A stretch of 63,414 nt of DNA, filler included, from Clostridiaceae bacterium (GTDB taxonomy: Bacteria > Bacillota > Clostridia > CAYPLH01 > DUMO01), in the NCBI GenBank assembly GCA_012839865.1. It is 6 parts of 5 records of this genome, joined end to end, with 100 filler letters (N's around TTAATTAATTAA, not from the genome) between each part and the next. Parts side by side here need not be neighbours in the genome. Positions count along the whole stretch, not along the records: positions 1 to 12,997 come from DUMO01000020.1; 5 more parts are not named here. One strand, 5' to 3'. Position numbers and translations under genes: made by a program. The notes under the pieces are model-generated. The model saw nothing but the letters and a program-made list of their open reading frames with translations, made no database searches and was not told the origin of the DNA. This document shows, piece by piece, positions 1 to 9,970 of the stretch; positions within the stretch are counted from its first letter, which is position 1; each line of letters starts with the position of its first letter.

Positions 1-93
1 GACCAGCTATTTTATGTCTACTTCACTTAGGTGGTCTTGTTGTCATGCGTTTCATTAACGTCAGGAACCTAAAAAAATTTCTCAAAATTTTTC

Positions 94-1157
94 TTAAAAA
101 CTCTTGACTTTAATTAGCTGGTCTTTTACATAGATATGACTTATAGATAAATCATGCACAGGTCTATTAATTATCGGTTTCGGCGTTATTTCAACTTTTA
201 TTTCTTTTGTATCTTCTTTCCCGACATTGTCATAATAGACCCTTAACTTTATGTCATATTTCCGGGCTGTAATAAAGACCAGTCAGGAGATACTGCCATT
301 AAACCGCTGCTTGGGTGTATTGACCATGAAGAAGTGCCCTCTTTTCTGTAATACCATTCGAAATATCTCTTGTTTGCATAATCGGGAAAATCAGAATGCT
401 CACCAGATAAAATTTTAAAGTCTTCTTCTTTAAAAGTGATACTTGACTCTATTATTGTATCTCCACTAGATATTATTGCTTTAGGATCCGGAAAACCCAA
501 TTTATCTGGGGGTTGAGGCGGAAAGTATACAGTTGTGACCCCGTCAGAATATAAATAATAAAGGTCATTCAAAGATTCTTGTGACCAATACCTTGCACGA
601 GCTATACTTGGATAATCTTCATATATATCAGCAGAATCAGATAACTCACCGTTTTCTGTTATATACCCTAATTGTACTCCATTTTCTATTATTGTTATGA
701 GAGGAATTACTTTTACAGTTCCGCCATCTTTAAAAAACATCAATATATCTTCTTGATTGCCATAATCTTGCAAGAATCTATCAAAAATAGTATTATCATC
801 ACTGCCAGATAAAGGTATACTAAATTCTACATGCACTTGATTATTTCCTATTGGTGTTTCACTTTTTTGCTCCATCTTTATATTAGTTTCCCATGCTGTC
901 CCTGAAGCACCCTGAATTCTAACCTTAAACCCTATAGTTTTGTATCTTGTACCTGTTGGTGAGCCTGCGGTAACATCTGCTTCATACTTCAAGCAATTAT
1001 CTCTTGGGTCATATCTTAATTCTATTGCCTTTCCTTCCTGTTGAAAAGAAAAAAGTACCGTTATAAATACCATAACGGTAACTATATAAATGTATTTACT
1101 TTTATTTTTTTGTAACCCCTTAAACATTTCAATCACCCTCAACAGGTTTAAATTCAC
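94..1157 (-). pseudogene. Secreted/surface protein, frameshifted near 259-261 and apparently truncated
   Basis: ORF 249..1157 has an N-terminal signal/TM segment. Adding one A to the A3 run after CCC GGA gives ...LLQPG-KYDIKLRVYYDNVGKEDTKEIKVEITPKP..., an Ig/PKD-like beta-strand pattern open to a TAA at 94-96. Confidence 0.55.
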
Positions 1158-2469
1158 TTAAATATTGTAATCTGCTATAAGTATAATAGGTACTCCCCCA
1201 TAAATCTCGTTGCCCTAATAATGAATACCCAAACTTAATATCTATATCACAATAATACCATCTTCCAGTATTTAAAACCCTCGATTCGTTTATATACCAG
1301 TCCCTATCGCTTGTCCAAATTTGCATATTTCCTTCAATGCTGTTTAAATATTCAGATGTTGCACTCTCAAAGTAAACTTCTAACCGTCCTCTTACTGTAC
1401 TACCGCCCAATCCTCCATAAGAAATTGTATTATCGGATATAAACCTTGCCTTGCATATTACATTATTATTTTTTATATCGTCATAAACTCTTTGTAATTT
1501 TTCATCAAAGTATATCCATTTATGGTCTTCAACTGGTAAGTACCATTGCAATCTATTACCGGGTACAAAAAATGTTTTATATTCTTCTATAAACGTTTCA
1601 TCTATTGTTCTATAGTCAACATTGTTTGACAATTCCATAAAAGCTGTTGCTGTTTTTATCATCTCATTATCTTCTGCAAGATACCAATAAGCAGATTCTC
1701 GTTGCAATAAGTCTTCATGCGTTATTACACCTGTAGTTAAATAGGGATACCTTTTTAGTTCCTCAATAATTCCTGCCCTGCGTTCTATTTCTTCCTGCGG
1801 CAAATCTTCATAAGTTATGATCGGAGTTGAACTTCCTACACCATTATCACCATATTTCCTCAAATTAGCTATTATCTCTTTTCTACGTTCTGCCTCTTTT
1901 TCAGGCTCTATAAGCACTACAGGCTCAATCTCACCCTTTATCCAAAGGTTAACCTTCTTTTCCCTGGCATACCATTCTATTGCCGTATCCATGCTTTCGG
2001 CCAAAAACCTTAGAGGCACAAAAGTACGATTATCTACAATTACAGCAGCCGTATCCATTAGTTTTACTTCTCCGTTTACTGTAACCTTTTTCTCTCCTAT
2101 GGCAAAAGAAACTGTATTTTTGCCAATCAAGCTAACCGATTTTGTAGAATCATCCCAGCCTACACTCAGTCCAAGTGCTTCAGCTATAGGCCGTATTGGC
2201 ACAAGGGTGCGCCCGTTATCATCTATAAAAGGTTGGGCATCCGGGAATACAAGAGGTTCTCCGTCTATGGTTACCTTTAAGGCGTATTTTGCTTGATAGG
2301 CTTCACTTGCAACTTCATCATTGTTCATATTACTGCTCACATCAGCTTCGTTTTCGCCTTGACAGAGCACTTCAATGCCAAAGGAAACTAATATTATAAC
2401 AACTGCAAATATGCAAACTATTTTTTTCAAAATCCATTCTTTCACTTTTTCATCTTTCTTTTCACTCAT
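1129..2469 (-). CDS. Copper amine oxidase N-terminal (stalk) domain surface protein
   Basis: Signal-like N-terminus. Typical repeats GRTLVPIRPIAEALG...VGWD and NRTFVPLRFLAESM...IEW. Confidence 0.8.
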   Translation of the reverse strand: MSEKKDEKVKEWILKKIVCIFAVVIILVSFGIEVLCQGENEADVSSNMNNDEVASEAYQAKYALKVTIDGEPLVFPDAQPFIDDNGRTLVPIRPIAEALGLSVGWDDSTKSVSLIGKNTVSFAIGEKKVTVNGEVKLMDTAAVIVDNRTFVPLRFLAESMDTAIEWYAREKKVNLWIKGEIEPVVLIEPEKEAERRKEIIANLRKYGDNGVGSSTPIITYEDLPQEEIERRAGIIEELKRYPYLTTGVITHEDLLQRESAYWYLAEDNEMIKTATAFMELSNNVDYRTIDETFIEEYKTFFVPGNRLQWYLPVEDHKWIYFDEKLQRVYDDIKNNNVICKARFISDNTISYGGLGGSTVRGRLEVYFESATSEYLNSIEGNMQIWTSDRDWYINESRVLNTGRWYYCDIDIKFGYSLLGQRDLWGSTYYTYSRLQYLSEFKPVEGD

Positions 2470-2525
2470 CCAAAATTTCTCATACGTTGGGCTGCTTCAA
2501 ATTAATAACAGTTTAAAACTATCTT

Positions 2526-2698
2526 TTAATTTATAGGTAAAGGGGCGGGAGCAGTTGCCGGCTCAGGTGAAGGTGTTGGTTTTTTTTACGCATGGCACTC
2601 GATGCTGGTGAAGTTTTTTCACTTGGTGTAGGTGAAGGTTTTGGTATGTATTTTCTGCCACAGGTTATTGTTTTTAGTCGCTCCTGCTCTCCTAACCC
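2526..2698 (-). pseudogene. Remnant Pro/Ser/Thr-rich linker ORF
   Basis: Minus-strand translation gives KYIPKPSPTPSEKTSPASSAMRKK, then a frame change at an A7 run, then PTPSPEPATAPAPLPIN*. An in-frame stop lies upstream. Confidence 0.35.
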
Positions 2699-2730
2699 CT
2701 AACCTTGCATGAAATTTTGCTTGCAAACTA

Positions 2731-3495
2731 CTATTTAAGCGTATACCCACAAACTATTGCTTTGTCCAAATTGATAAAGAAATTACCCATCTCAGGTCTT
2801 TTAAAGTTTCGATATATCACAAAAAATGTAATCCCATCCAACACATTAAAACTGCTGCTGCTTAGCCTATATACAGGATCGCTGCTTTCAGGGTTGAATA
2901 TCTTAATATTAATGCTGCTTTTGTTTATAGGATCATAAGTATACCCGCTAATAAAACTATTCAGCTTATCAATAACAATATTGTTTTTTTGGTCATGAGA
3001 CATTCCAATGGCATTCAAACTCGTATAAAATTTTTGGTTGTTTTCATAATACCAGATACTGTCATCTTTAATGTTTAAGTAGTATAACTTATCTCCGTAA
3101 ACTGTCGAGAAAAAGTACGGGGGGCTCCACCTGTCAAACCTGTCGGCTATAAAAAACCTGTCATAATACACAAGCACCTTTGCCAAAATATTCTCTCTGA
3201 TTTCTGAAAAGTTTTTGTACAAAGACAGATTCTTTTCAAGGACATTGTGAAATTCTAAAAGAAGCTTGCATCTATCTATTTCAACAGGATTGTTGATGTC
3301 CCGGATAAAACCTGCTGCAAGAGTTTCGTGGTTCTCCTTTTCAGCGCTGATACAACATGGCAATACTTTGACCGAAAGGCTGATTGCATGCCCCACTCTC
3401 TCATAAACTTGCTCATCGTGCAACCAATACTGCAAGGTTATAAAACTAAATGCAATAAAAACAATTAACACTATTAAAACAAGTATCTGGTACAT
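2731..3495 (-). CDS. Tad-locus associated protein with N-terminal TM helix (minor pilin/TadE-G-like position)
   Basis: Single N-terminal hydrophobic helix; co-oriented in the Tad-like operon. Confidence 0.55.
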   Translation of the reverse strand: MYQILVLIVLIVFIAFSFITLQYWLHDEQVYERVGHAISLSVKVLPCCISAEKENHETLAAGFIRDINNPVEIDRCKLLLEFHNVLEKNLSLYKNFSEIRENILAKVLVYYDRFFIADRFDRWSPPYFFSTVYGDKLYYLNIKDDSIWYYENNQKFYTSLNAIGMSHDQKNNIVIDKLNSFISGYTYDPINKSSINIKIFNPESSDPVYRLSSSSFNVLDGITFFVIYRNFKRPEMGNFFINLDKAIVCGYTLK

Positions 3496-3504
3496 ATCAA
3501 CCTC

Positions 3505-4290
3505 CTATTGCTGACTATACTTAATAAGCTTTATAAGTCCGTCTGGATATACCTCCACTTCCCTTAAAAAATCCCCATTGTCAAATATATAATTGACGCC
3601 TGTGTTTCCCCATTCATCCTGGGTATCTCCATAAACCGTATTGTCAGTATCCACATATACATGAGATGCAGATCCATAAAATTTACCTGAAGAATTCAGT
3701 TTGGTAATAACCAATATGGCAACAGACTCATCATTGGAATACTTCCTGATATCTGCAATTACATCGTAACCTTTAACCAGATCAATATAGTTTTTTGATA
3801 TCACAGCCGTATAAACAGATTCAATCCTGTTGTCAAAAAAACTGCTTCTGTATCCTGGAATCGTTGCATTTAGCAAGCTGTCAAACAGGGACATGTCCTG
3901 GTCCTTAAGATGAATAGTCAACCTGTCGCCCACCCTTAACGGCTTGTCAATTATATCATCGATATCAAAAAAAGTATCATAAATCCCGCTCTTTACCTGC
4001 TTGTCCAACCTGAGACTGATTTTGTATTCGCCATATTTTAAAATGCTGTCCTCTAAATAGCTGTAAAGGTTACCGGTAAATATTGCTGATGTACTGATTA
4101 CTTCCGCAACTTCATAGTTTATACGGTCAACAGTAACCCGCATATTCTCATGCAGGAAGTAAAATATTACAAGGAAAATCAAATATGTAAGCAATAATAT
4201 GCTTATAACAGTATGAGTTATCCTGCCTGCCACCTCCGGAATCCTCCCTATGTAAATCTGCATGCAAGTGAATGCTTGAAAAAATATCAT
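3505..4290 (-). CDS. Tad-locus associated protein with N-terminal TM helix
   Basis: N-terminal hydrophobic helix; operon position; start codon uncertain. Confidence 0.55.
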   Translation of the reverse strand: MIFFQAFTCMQIYIGRIPEVAGRITHTVISILLLTYLIFLVIFYFLHENMRVTVDRINYEVAEVISTSAIFTGNLYSYLEDSILKYGEYKISLRLDKQVKSGIYDTFFDIDDIIDKPLRVGDRLTIHLKDQDMSLFDSLLNATIPGYRSSFFDNRIESVYTAVISKNYIDLVKGYDVIADIRKYSNDESVAILVITKLNSSGKFYGSASHVYVDTDNTVYGDTQDEWGNTGVNYIFDNGDFLREVEVYPDGLIKLIKYSQQ

Positions 4291-4342
4291 TTGATACTTC
4301 CGGGAATCCTTTTATTCCCGGGAACACTTAAGATGCTCTTCA

Positions 4343-4780
4343 CTATTTATAGATTTCAAAAGTAATATGTGTCAGCATATTTACACTATCATATTTTTTA
4401 ATCATTTCATAAAGTTCATTGTCCATAATTTCCAAACTCTCATCCCAAACATCCCCGGAAACAAAATCTCTTTTGGTTCCTCCACTTAATTCTACAGTTA
4501 CTTTAAGTCCCGAATCTTCCATTATTGCATAGTTTATATATGTAATCACCGTGTTGCCCGTAACAATATTGGGGTTTTGAAGCATAAGGTTTATTTTCTG
4601 CTGCTCCATTGCAGCTTTATCGGCTGTAGCCTTTGCACCGGCAACCTGGCTTAGAACTGAATAAGAAATTAGAGAAAGAACCATTATTATAGAAACAACT
4701 ATTGCAATAATAGATGACAATCCACCTTTTTTGCTTGTCAAAAGTGATTTTAAATTGATTTTCTTTTCAAACATTTTCAT
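4343..4780 (-). CDS. Type IV pilin-like protein (class III signal peptide-like)
   Basis: Basic leader ending SKKG followed by the hydrophobic helix GLSSIIAIVVSIIMVLSLISYSV; lies downstream of tadC-like gene. Confidence 0.65.
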   Translation of the reverse strand: MKMFEKKINLKSLLTSKKGGLSSIIAIVVSIIMVLSLISYSVLSQVAGAKATADKAAMEQQKINLMLQNPNIVTGNTVITYINYAIMEDSGLKVTVELSGGTKRDFVSGDVWDESLEIMDNELYEMIKKYDSVNMLTHITFEIYK

Positions 4781-4797
4781 CTTCCTTTCTTTAATAT

Positions 4798-5193
4798 TTA
4801 ATTTTTCTTCACATACTCAACCTTTTTTAATACATCTCCATCATAGAAGTAGGTAGCTTCAAATTTTTCTTCATACCCTATGTAAAAAATATCCGGCTCA
4901 TATGTTTCGTTGAAATAGCTGTGATGAACCCCTTCACCTGTTGTCACATTTATCTCCAGTCCACCGTTGCTGCTGTAATATCTGATAACTGATATTACAT
5001 CGCTTCCCAAAACCTCTGTTTTGCCCAGGCCAACAACATCCATTTTATATGCTTTCTCCATAGCCCCGGCTCTTTCAGCAGCAGAAGCAATAATGTCCAT
5101 ATTCCCCCGAAACAGTGGAATTGCAACCGTAACAAGCAATCCCAGGACAAGTACGCTGATTATAATGTCATAAATAATATCCTTGATAATCAT
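4798..5193 (-). CDS. Pilin-like small protein of Tad locus
   Basis: 131 aa, N-terminal hydrophobic helix, immediately after tadC-like gene. Confidence 0.55.
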   Translation of the reverse strand: MIIKDIIYDIIISVLVLGLLVTVAIPLFRGNMDIIASAAERAGAMEKAYKMDVVGLGKTEVLGSDVISVIRYYSSNGGLEINVTTGEGVHHSYFNETYEPDIFYIGYEEKFEATYFYDGDVLKKVEYVKKN

Positions 5194-5299
5194 CCCCCCT
5201 TGTCCAAAATATTCTAAATTCTTTTCAAACGTACTTTTTTACAATCTACACATTTCATTGTTTCTGCAATCTGACTTTCCTTTTTTCAGCCCTTGCCCG

Positions 5300-6448
5300 T
5301 CAAAATCCCATCTGGCTCATACTGTACAATTCCATCCAGGGCAAGATCAGATAAATCACCATCAGCATTATAATGACCATAGCCCCCAGCATCCCTGAAA
5401 GGTGAATAACCTCTATCCTTTTGCGTACTTTTCTTGCCTGATCCCTCCTTTCAAGCCGGAATTCATTTTCAATATTGCGAATAGCCTGGTCAAAATCATA
5501 ATTATTTGCTTCATCCAGTTTTTCAAAAAACAATTTCTCGTCAAGGTCTTTTGTGTTTTTGATTCTGTTTGTATAAATTTCTTTATTGTTGGCTGAGTTC
5601 AGTCTGTTGCATTCTTCAATTTCTATTAAGATACTTTTGTAATATTTTGATTTTCTGATTAGCACTTTTAATACGCTCAGGAAATCCACAGGTTTAATGC
5701 TGCCGTTCAAAATCAAAAGCTTTTTCAAAAATCTCAGTTCCCTTTTTGCATCAGCTTTCCTGAAGAAACCTGCAATCAGGAGATATATTTCGGGAATAAA
5801 TGAAGACATTAACCCCGCAAGTATATAATCCGTTATATTTACTTCTCTGATGGAGTAATAATCCCTGATGCGGTGATATATTCTGTTGGCCATGCTTTCC
5901 ACCGGAATGGGCAACTCAGCTTTGCTTTTTCTTATCAGATCTCTTATTTTTAACTGCACTGCCTCACCGTCCGATAAATCACTTCTGGTTATAGTCTTTA
6001 TTACCTCGGCAAGGTATCCGGTTTCTTTTTCAAAAACCTCTGATTTATCTACAGCTTCAGAGATTTTATATATGAAATCGGTCTTATAATCATACAGTGT
6101 CAATATTTCTCTCGTTTGCAGGACAATGTTTGTATACTTGATCAGAAGTGAAAGCAAAATTGTAATAACAAAAAGCGCTGCTTTTAAAGTAAAGAGGCTT
6201 TCAATTTTGATATTTGAGTATTTCAGCAAAACAGAAGAATAAAACCTGTATATGGCAGAATCCTCCGGTATAAGTTTTTTAATGATATATGCCGTAAACC
6301 TTTGTTGTCCATTATTGCTCAACCGGCTGTTTAATGCTTTCTTATACATATTAATCCTCTTTGCAAAATACATCACAACAAAAACCATGGCCAAAATTAA
6401 CGGAATAAGATAAATATAATTTAAAATTTTATCAATCATACCGCTCAT
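5300..6448 (-). CDS. tadC: TadC-like inner-membrane platform protein
   Basis: TM helices at N-terminus, middle and C-terminus with a T2SSF-like helical region; follows tadB-like gene. Confidence 0.6.
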   Translation of the reverse strand: MSGMIDKILNYIYLIPLILAMVFVVMYFAKRINMYKKALNSRLSNNGQQRFTAYIIKKLIPEDSAIYRFYSSVLLKYSNIKIESLFTLKAALFVITILLSLLIKYTNIVLQTREILTLYDYKTDFIYKISEAVDKSEVFEKETGYLAEVIKTITRSDLSDGEAVQLKIRDLIRKSKAELPIPVESMANRIYHRIRDYYSIREVNITDYILAGLMSSFIPEIYLLIAGFFRKADAKRELRFLKKLLILNGSIKPVDFLSVLKVLIRKSKYYKSILIEIEECNRLNSANNKEIYTNRIKNTKDLDEKLFFEKLDEANNYDFDQAIRNIENEFRLERRDQARKVRKRIEVIHLSGMLGAMVIIMLMVIYLILPWMELYSMSQMGF

Positions 6449-6451
6449 GTC

Positions 6452-7468
6452 TTATACCGACCTTTCCAGAAGAAGCATGCATCCAATATATAAAACCAGG
6501 GAAAACATGATGCAGAGTTTTAATCCATGCCCCGACGGGCTTTGGTAGAAGTTTGCAGCCTTTTCGCTTAGGGAAACCAGGTTGAACTTTTCGATTCCCA
6601 AAATGCAAAAGGGCATGATTATTGCCAGCAATATGTACATTCTCGCAGTTGATGAAAGGTCTTTCTGGTTTTCTATATCCAACAATATTTCCTCAGTTGC
6701 ATTCTCAAACTGCTGTTTAATTACCTTTTCCCCACCTTTGTAATGAGCCTGCCTGATCAGATTCAGCAGTAAGGTCAAAAATTCATTTTTATAGTTCTGC
6801 TCAATCATCAAGAAAGTCTTGTCAATCTCCTGCATATCATTTCTGATTAAAACATCACGAATGGTTCTCATTACCTTCTTTACCACCCTGTCGAAATCGT
6901 CCAGTTCAATTGATTTAGAAATAGCTTTAAGTATGTTGCCATGACTTATGTACCGGGAGTTTATAAGCTTATATGTTTCAGGAAGCTTCCCGGTAAACTT
7001 CAGCCGGGCATAAACATTTACAAGGTATAGGGACAAGCATGCAAAAAACAAAGCAAAGCACAAATATGCCAGGAAGACATACCAGGGTGCCTGCAGTCCT
7101 GCAATCTGCACTGCAAAACATATACATACAACTATTATTGTTATTAAGAAAACCACAACTGCTATCTCCAGGTTTTTGCTATAGGAATAATCAGTAAACA
7201 TTGAAACCCTGATTGCAATGCTTTTAAGGGCTTTATCCAAAAAAGGAACCTTTAACAGCCTGTTTGTAAATCTTGTCAGTCTTGTTTTTCTGCTCTTGCC
7301 AAATGCCAGCTTGTATTTTCTGAATTTATAAGCCAGCTTCCCGGAAAATTGCCTTAATACAATGCCAAAACCTATGAAGAACAATACAAGGCATAATATA
7401 TTTTCCAGACTAAGTATGTTGGTAAAATTAGCTAAGCAATCCCTTAATACATCCTGGTCTATCCGCAC
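6452..7468 (-). CDS. tadB: TadB-like inner-membrane platform protein
   Basis: TM pattern and T2SSF-like segment (GKLPETYKLI...GNILKAI); directly follows the CpaF/TadA ATPase. Confidence 0.65.
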   Translation of the reverse strand: MRIDQDVLRDCLANFTNILSLENILCLVLFFIGFGIVLRQFSGKLAYKFRKYKLAFGKSRKTRLTRFTNRLLKVPFLDKALKSIAIRVSMFTDYSYSKNLEIAVVVFLITIIVVCICFAVQIAGLQAPWYVFLAYLCFALFFACLSLYLVNVYARLKFTGKLPETYKLINSRYISHGNILKAISKSIELDDFDRVVKKVMRTIRDVLIRNDMQEIDKTFLMIEQNYKNEFLTLLLNLIRQAHYKGGEKVIKQQFENATEEILLDIENQKDLSSTARMYILLAIIMPFCILGIEKFNLVSLSEKAANFYQSPSGHGLKLCIMFSLVLYIGCMLLLERSV

Positions 7469-7469
7469 T

Positions 7470-9131
7470 CTAACCCACCTCTTTTTCCGGCAGCAAATTT
7501 CCTGCTGAAGAAAAATGCTTTATAAACTTTTCAATCTCACTTTTGTCAACATACTTGGCGATTTTTCCAAAGTATTGGCCGGTAGGAAGATTCACAGGTA
7601 TCCATTCGCCCTTAAAATGGTCATATCTGAATATTTCATTGTACCTGTACGATCGATTATGGATATATTTTTTTAACGCCAGTTGAGCCATGTTCAGTAA
7701 ATTCGATATTTTCTGCCTGTTTGGGCCGTTTAAGACCAATTCCGAATTGTAGCAATCTTCCTCATGTACAATTTCGACAATATTTTCTACAACAATTCTT
7801 CCTCCGGGAAGCTTTGCAAGATGGATGATGATATCGATACCTCTGGCGGCATCGGCTTCAGCTACTTCAGGTCTGTTATACATGCCTGTGCCCATCATAA
7901 GGTTTCTTAGATTGGTTATGACTTCAAAGGGTGATGCTGAATGCATTGTTGCTCCAACTCCCGCATTCAGGCGGAGGCTTGCGTTAATAAGTTCAGCCAC
8001 CTCGAAGGAGGTTGTGATTTCCCCGACATATATTATTTCCCGGGCCATCTTAAGCATCGTTACAAAACATTCGGAGATAGTTCTTTTACTGTTTTGAATA
8101 AGGGTCTTTATATTTTTCCAGGGGAACTTCTGATGGGCTTGTAGCTCATTTTGCGTGTCCAGTATTCCAATACCCCAACAGTCAGGAATTTTTTCCATCA
8201 TAGCCAGCAGAAATGTGGATTTTCCCACCCCCATGTCAGCCCCTGTTATAAAATGAGAACCCCTTCCCCGTTGATTGAGTACAAGAAATTCATATATCAT
8301 TTCATCCAGAGTTCCATAGGTGTCCCGCATTTCTTCAAGGGTAATTTTCTTAAGGTTGAATATTCTTTCATTGTAGTAAAGATCCTCTCCTGTCGGAGTG
8401 GAGTCAAACCCTGCAACAGTGACACGGTTTGAATTAAGCTTCGAAGCTATAATGGTGGGATTCTGCTCGTCATAATTAATTACGGAATTCTGGGTGGTTT
8501 TTTTCTGAATGTTCAGTATTACATTTGCGTTATCAAATTTAAGAAACTCAAGATATATTTTCCCGCCCTGAAAAACTATATAGACATAATCTTTATTAAT
8601 GATGCCAATTTCATTTATATTATGATGCTGCAGTGTATCTATCACGCTCTGTCCGTATTCTTCAGCATAAGCCATGGTTGCAATAAACTTCAACTTCTCA
8701 GTGCGATTTTTGAATTTTTCTATTATGCCATCTTTCTCCAGGGTGGCAATCCTTCTTATATCCTGCTCAGTTATTCTTATACTCAAGCCATGCTTCAGGA
8801 TAATATCTGACATGTCGTATATTGAGAGCAATAGCTCAAACAATACCCGTACATCGTTTTGGAGTATCTTATCGAAATTAACTATTTCATTTAGAACATT
8901 ATCATCAAGACTGAATACCGGTGTGTTTAGAATCCGGGTAAACTGCCCGATTATATAATCCCGAGCAGATTTGTCTCCAAGTACAGCCCTTTCCTTCATC
9001 TCCGAGTACAGGTTGATTTCATTTTCAGATTGTGGTCTGTCGATTTCAAATACTGCCCTGTAACTATCCACATCCTGGAAAATTTCATTCAGTTGTTTGG
9101 CAATATTATAAAACATATTGTTCCTTACCAT
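7470..9131 (-). CDS. tadA: CpaF/TadA-family pilus assembly ATPase
   Basis: Walker A ITGADMGVGKST, Asp-box ILDTQNEL, Walker B IIYVGEI, His-box ATMHSASP, and IDIIIHLAKL..GRIVVENIVEI. Confidence 0.85.
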   Translation of the reverse strand: MVRNNMFYNIAKQLNEIFQDVDSYRAVFEIDRPQSENEINLYSEMKERAVLGDKSARDYIIGQFTRILNTPVFSLDDNVLNEIVNFDKILQNDVRVLFELLLSIYDMSDIILKHGLSIRITEQDIRRIATLEKDGIIEKFKNRTEKLKFIATMAYAEEYGQSVIDTLQHHNINEIGIINKDYVYIVFQGGKIYLEFLKFDNANVILNIQKKTTQNSVINYDEQNPTIIASKLNSNRVTVAGFDSTPTGEDLYYNERIFNLKKITLEEMRDTYGTLDEMIYEFLVLNQRGRGSHFITGADMGVGKSTFLLAMMEKIPDCWGIGILDTQNELQAHQKFPWKNIKTLIQNSKRTISECFVTMLKMAREIIYVGEITTSFEVAELINASLRLNAGVGATMHSASPFEVITNLRNLMMGTGMYNRPEVAEADAARGIDIIIHLAKLPGGRIVVENIVEIVHEEDCYNSELVLNGPNRQKISNLLNMAQLALKKYIHNRSYRYNEIFRYDHFKGEWIPVNLPTGQYFGKIAKYVDKSEIEKFIKHFSSAGNLLPEKEVG

Positions 9132-9148
9132 ATGAATAACCTCAGTCT

Positions 9149-9970
9149 TTAATAATTCGTTTTTTCATGCCTGACTATCAGACGGTTGTTTATAATATTG
9201 TTTATAAAACCCAACCAGTTTCTCTTTACTTTTTCAGATTTATCATCCCTTTTAAAGTCAAGAATGTAGCATGCTAAATTTTCAATTTCCTGAAAATATG
9301 AGCCCTGATCCCGTTTGCCATTCACGGGATAATTAAAGATGTTCCCTTTGTTTATGTCATTGGCCAGCCATGGTTCAAAGGACAATGTGAATATTTCATT
9401 ATTAAACCCGGCTTTTTTCAGGTCCCTTTTAATCCGGCTTTTACCGTAATCAATTTTCTTAGTATAATTGTTAATAACAAATACAATTCTATCCTTAACC
9501 GGCTCAAAAAATTGTGCAAGGGCAAGAAAACGGTTAATGGTGCCGGCTGCCTGGTTGAGTAAAACTATAATTTTGTCCGAAGCCTCAAAATAACCGGTTG
9601 CGGTCGTGGCTAAATCTATTAAGGAATTACTGTATGCATTGCCAATATATTTGCATAAAGTCGCAATTTCATCCTTGCTTAGCTCATAACACCGGTTTGC
9701 AGACATAATATCAATCATTTCATTAACATTTTTACTGCAAATGGAAAACATGCCATCTGATAAAAGGTTGGACCTGTATAATGAGCAGTAATCATCGAGC
9801 CCCTTTGCAACTCCGGTATTGCCAAGATAGTATTCAACATCGCTAAAATTTTTGTCAGTGTCAATTACCAGAGTGCGTTTTTGGGTCAACTTTGAAACAG
9901 TCTCAGCAATATTGATGCAGGTTATAGTTTGTCCAAGTCCTCTTCTTGGAGAGCAAACTGATATAATCAT
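9149..9970 (-). CDS. CpaE/TadZ-like ParA/MinD-family protein with degenerate P-loop
   Basis: IISVCSPRRGLGQT, LVIDTD motif; located between cpaB-like and tadA-like genes. Confidence 0.75.
   Translation of the reverse strand: MIISVCSPRRGLGQTITCINIAETVSKLTQKRTLVIDTDKNFSDVEYYLGNTGVAKGLDDYCSLYRSNLLSDGMFSICSKNVNEMIDIMSANRCYELSKDEIATLCKYIGNAYSNSLIDLATTATGYFEASDKIIVLLNQAAGTINRFLALAQFFEPVKDRIVFVINNYTKKIDYGKSRIKRDLKKAGFNNEIFTLSFEPWLANDINKGNIFNYPVNGKRDQGSYFQEIENLACYILDFKRDDKSEKVKRNWLGFINNIINNRLIVRHEKTNY

Noticed and set aside
1..241. Inverted repeat pairs GACCAGCTA/TAGCTGGTC and GGTCTATTA/TAATAGACC, plus a TTGACT-N17-TACATA promoter-like match
   Set aside because: Only 9-bp arms in AT-rich DNA that reads better as the frameshifted continuation of the minus-strand gene.
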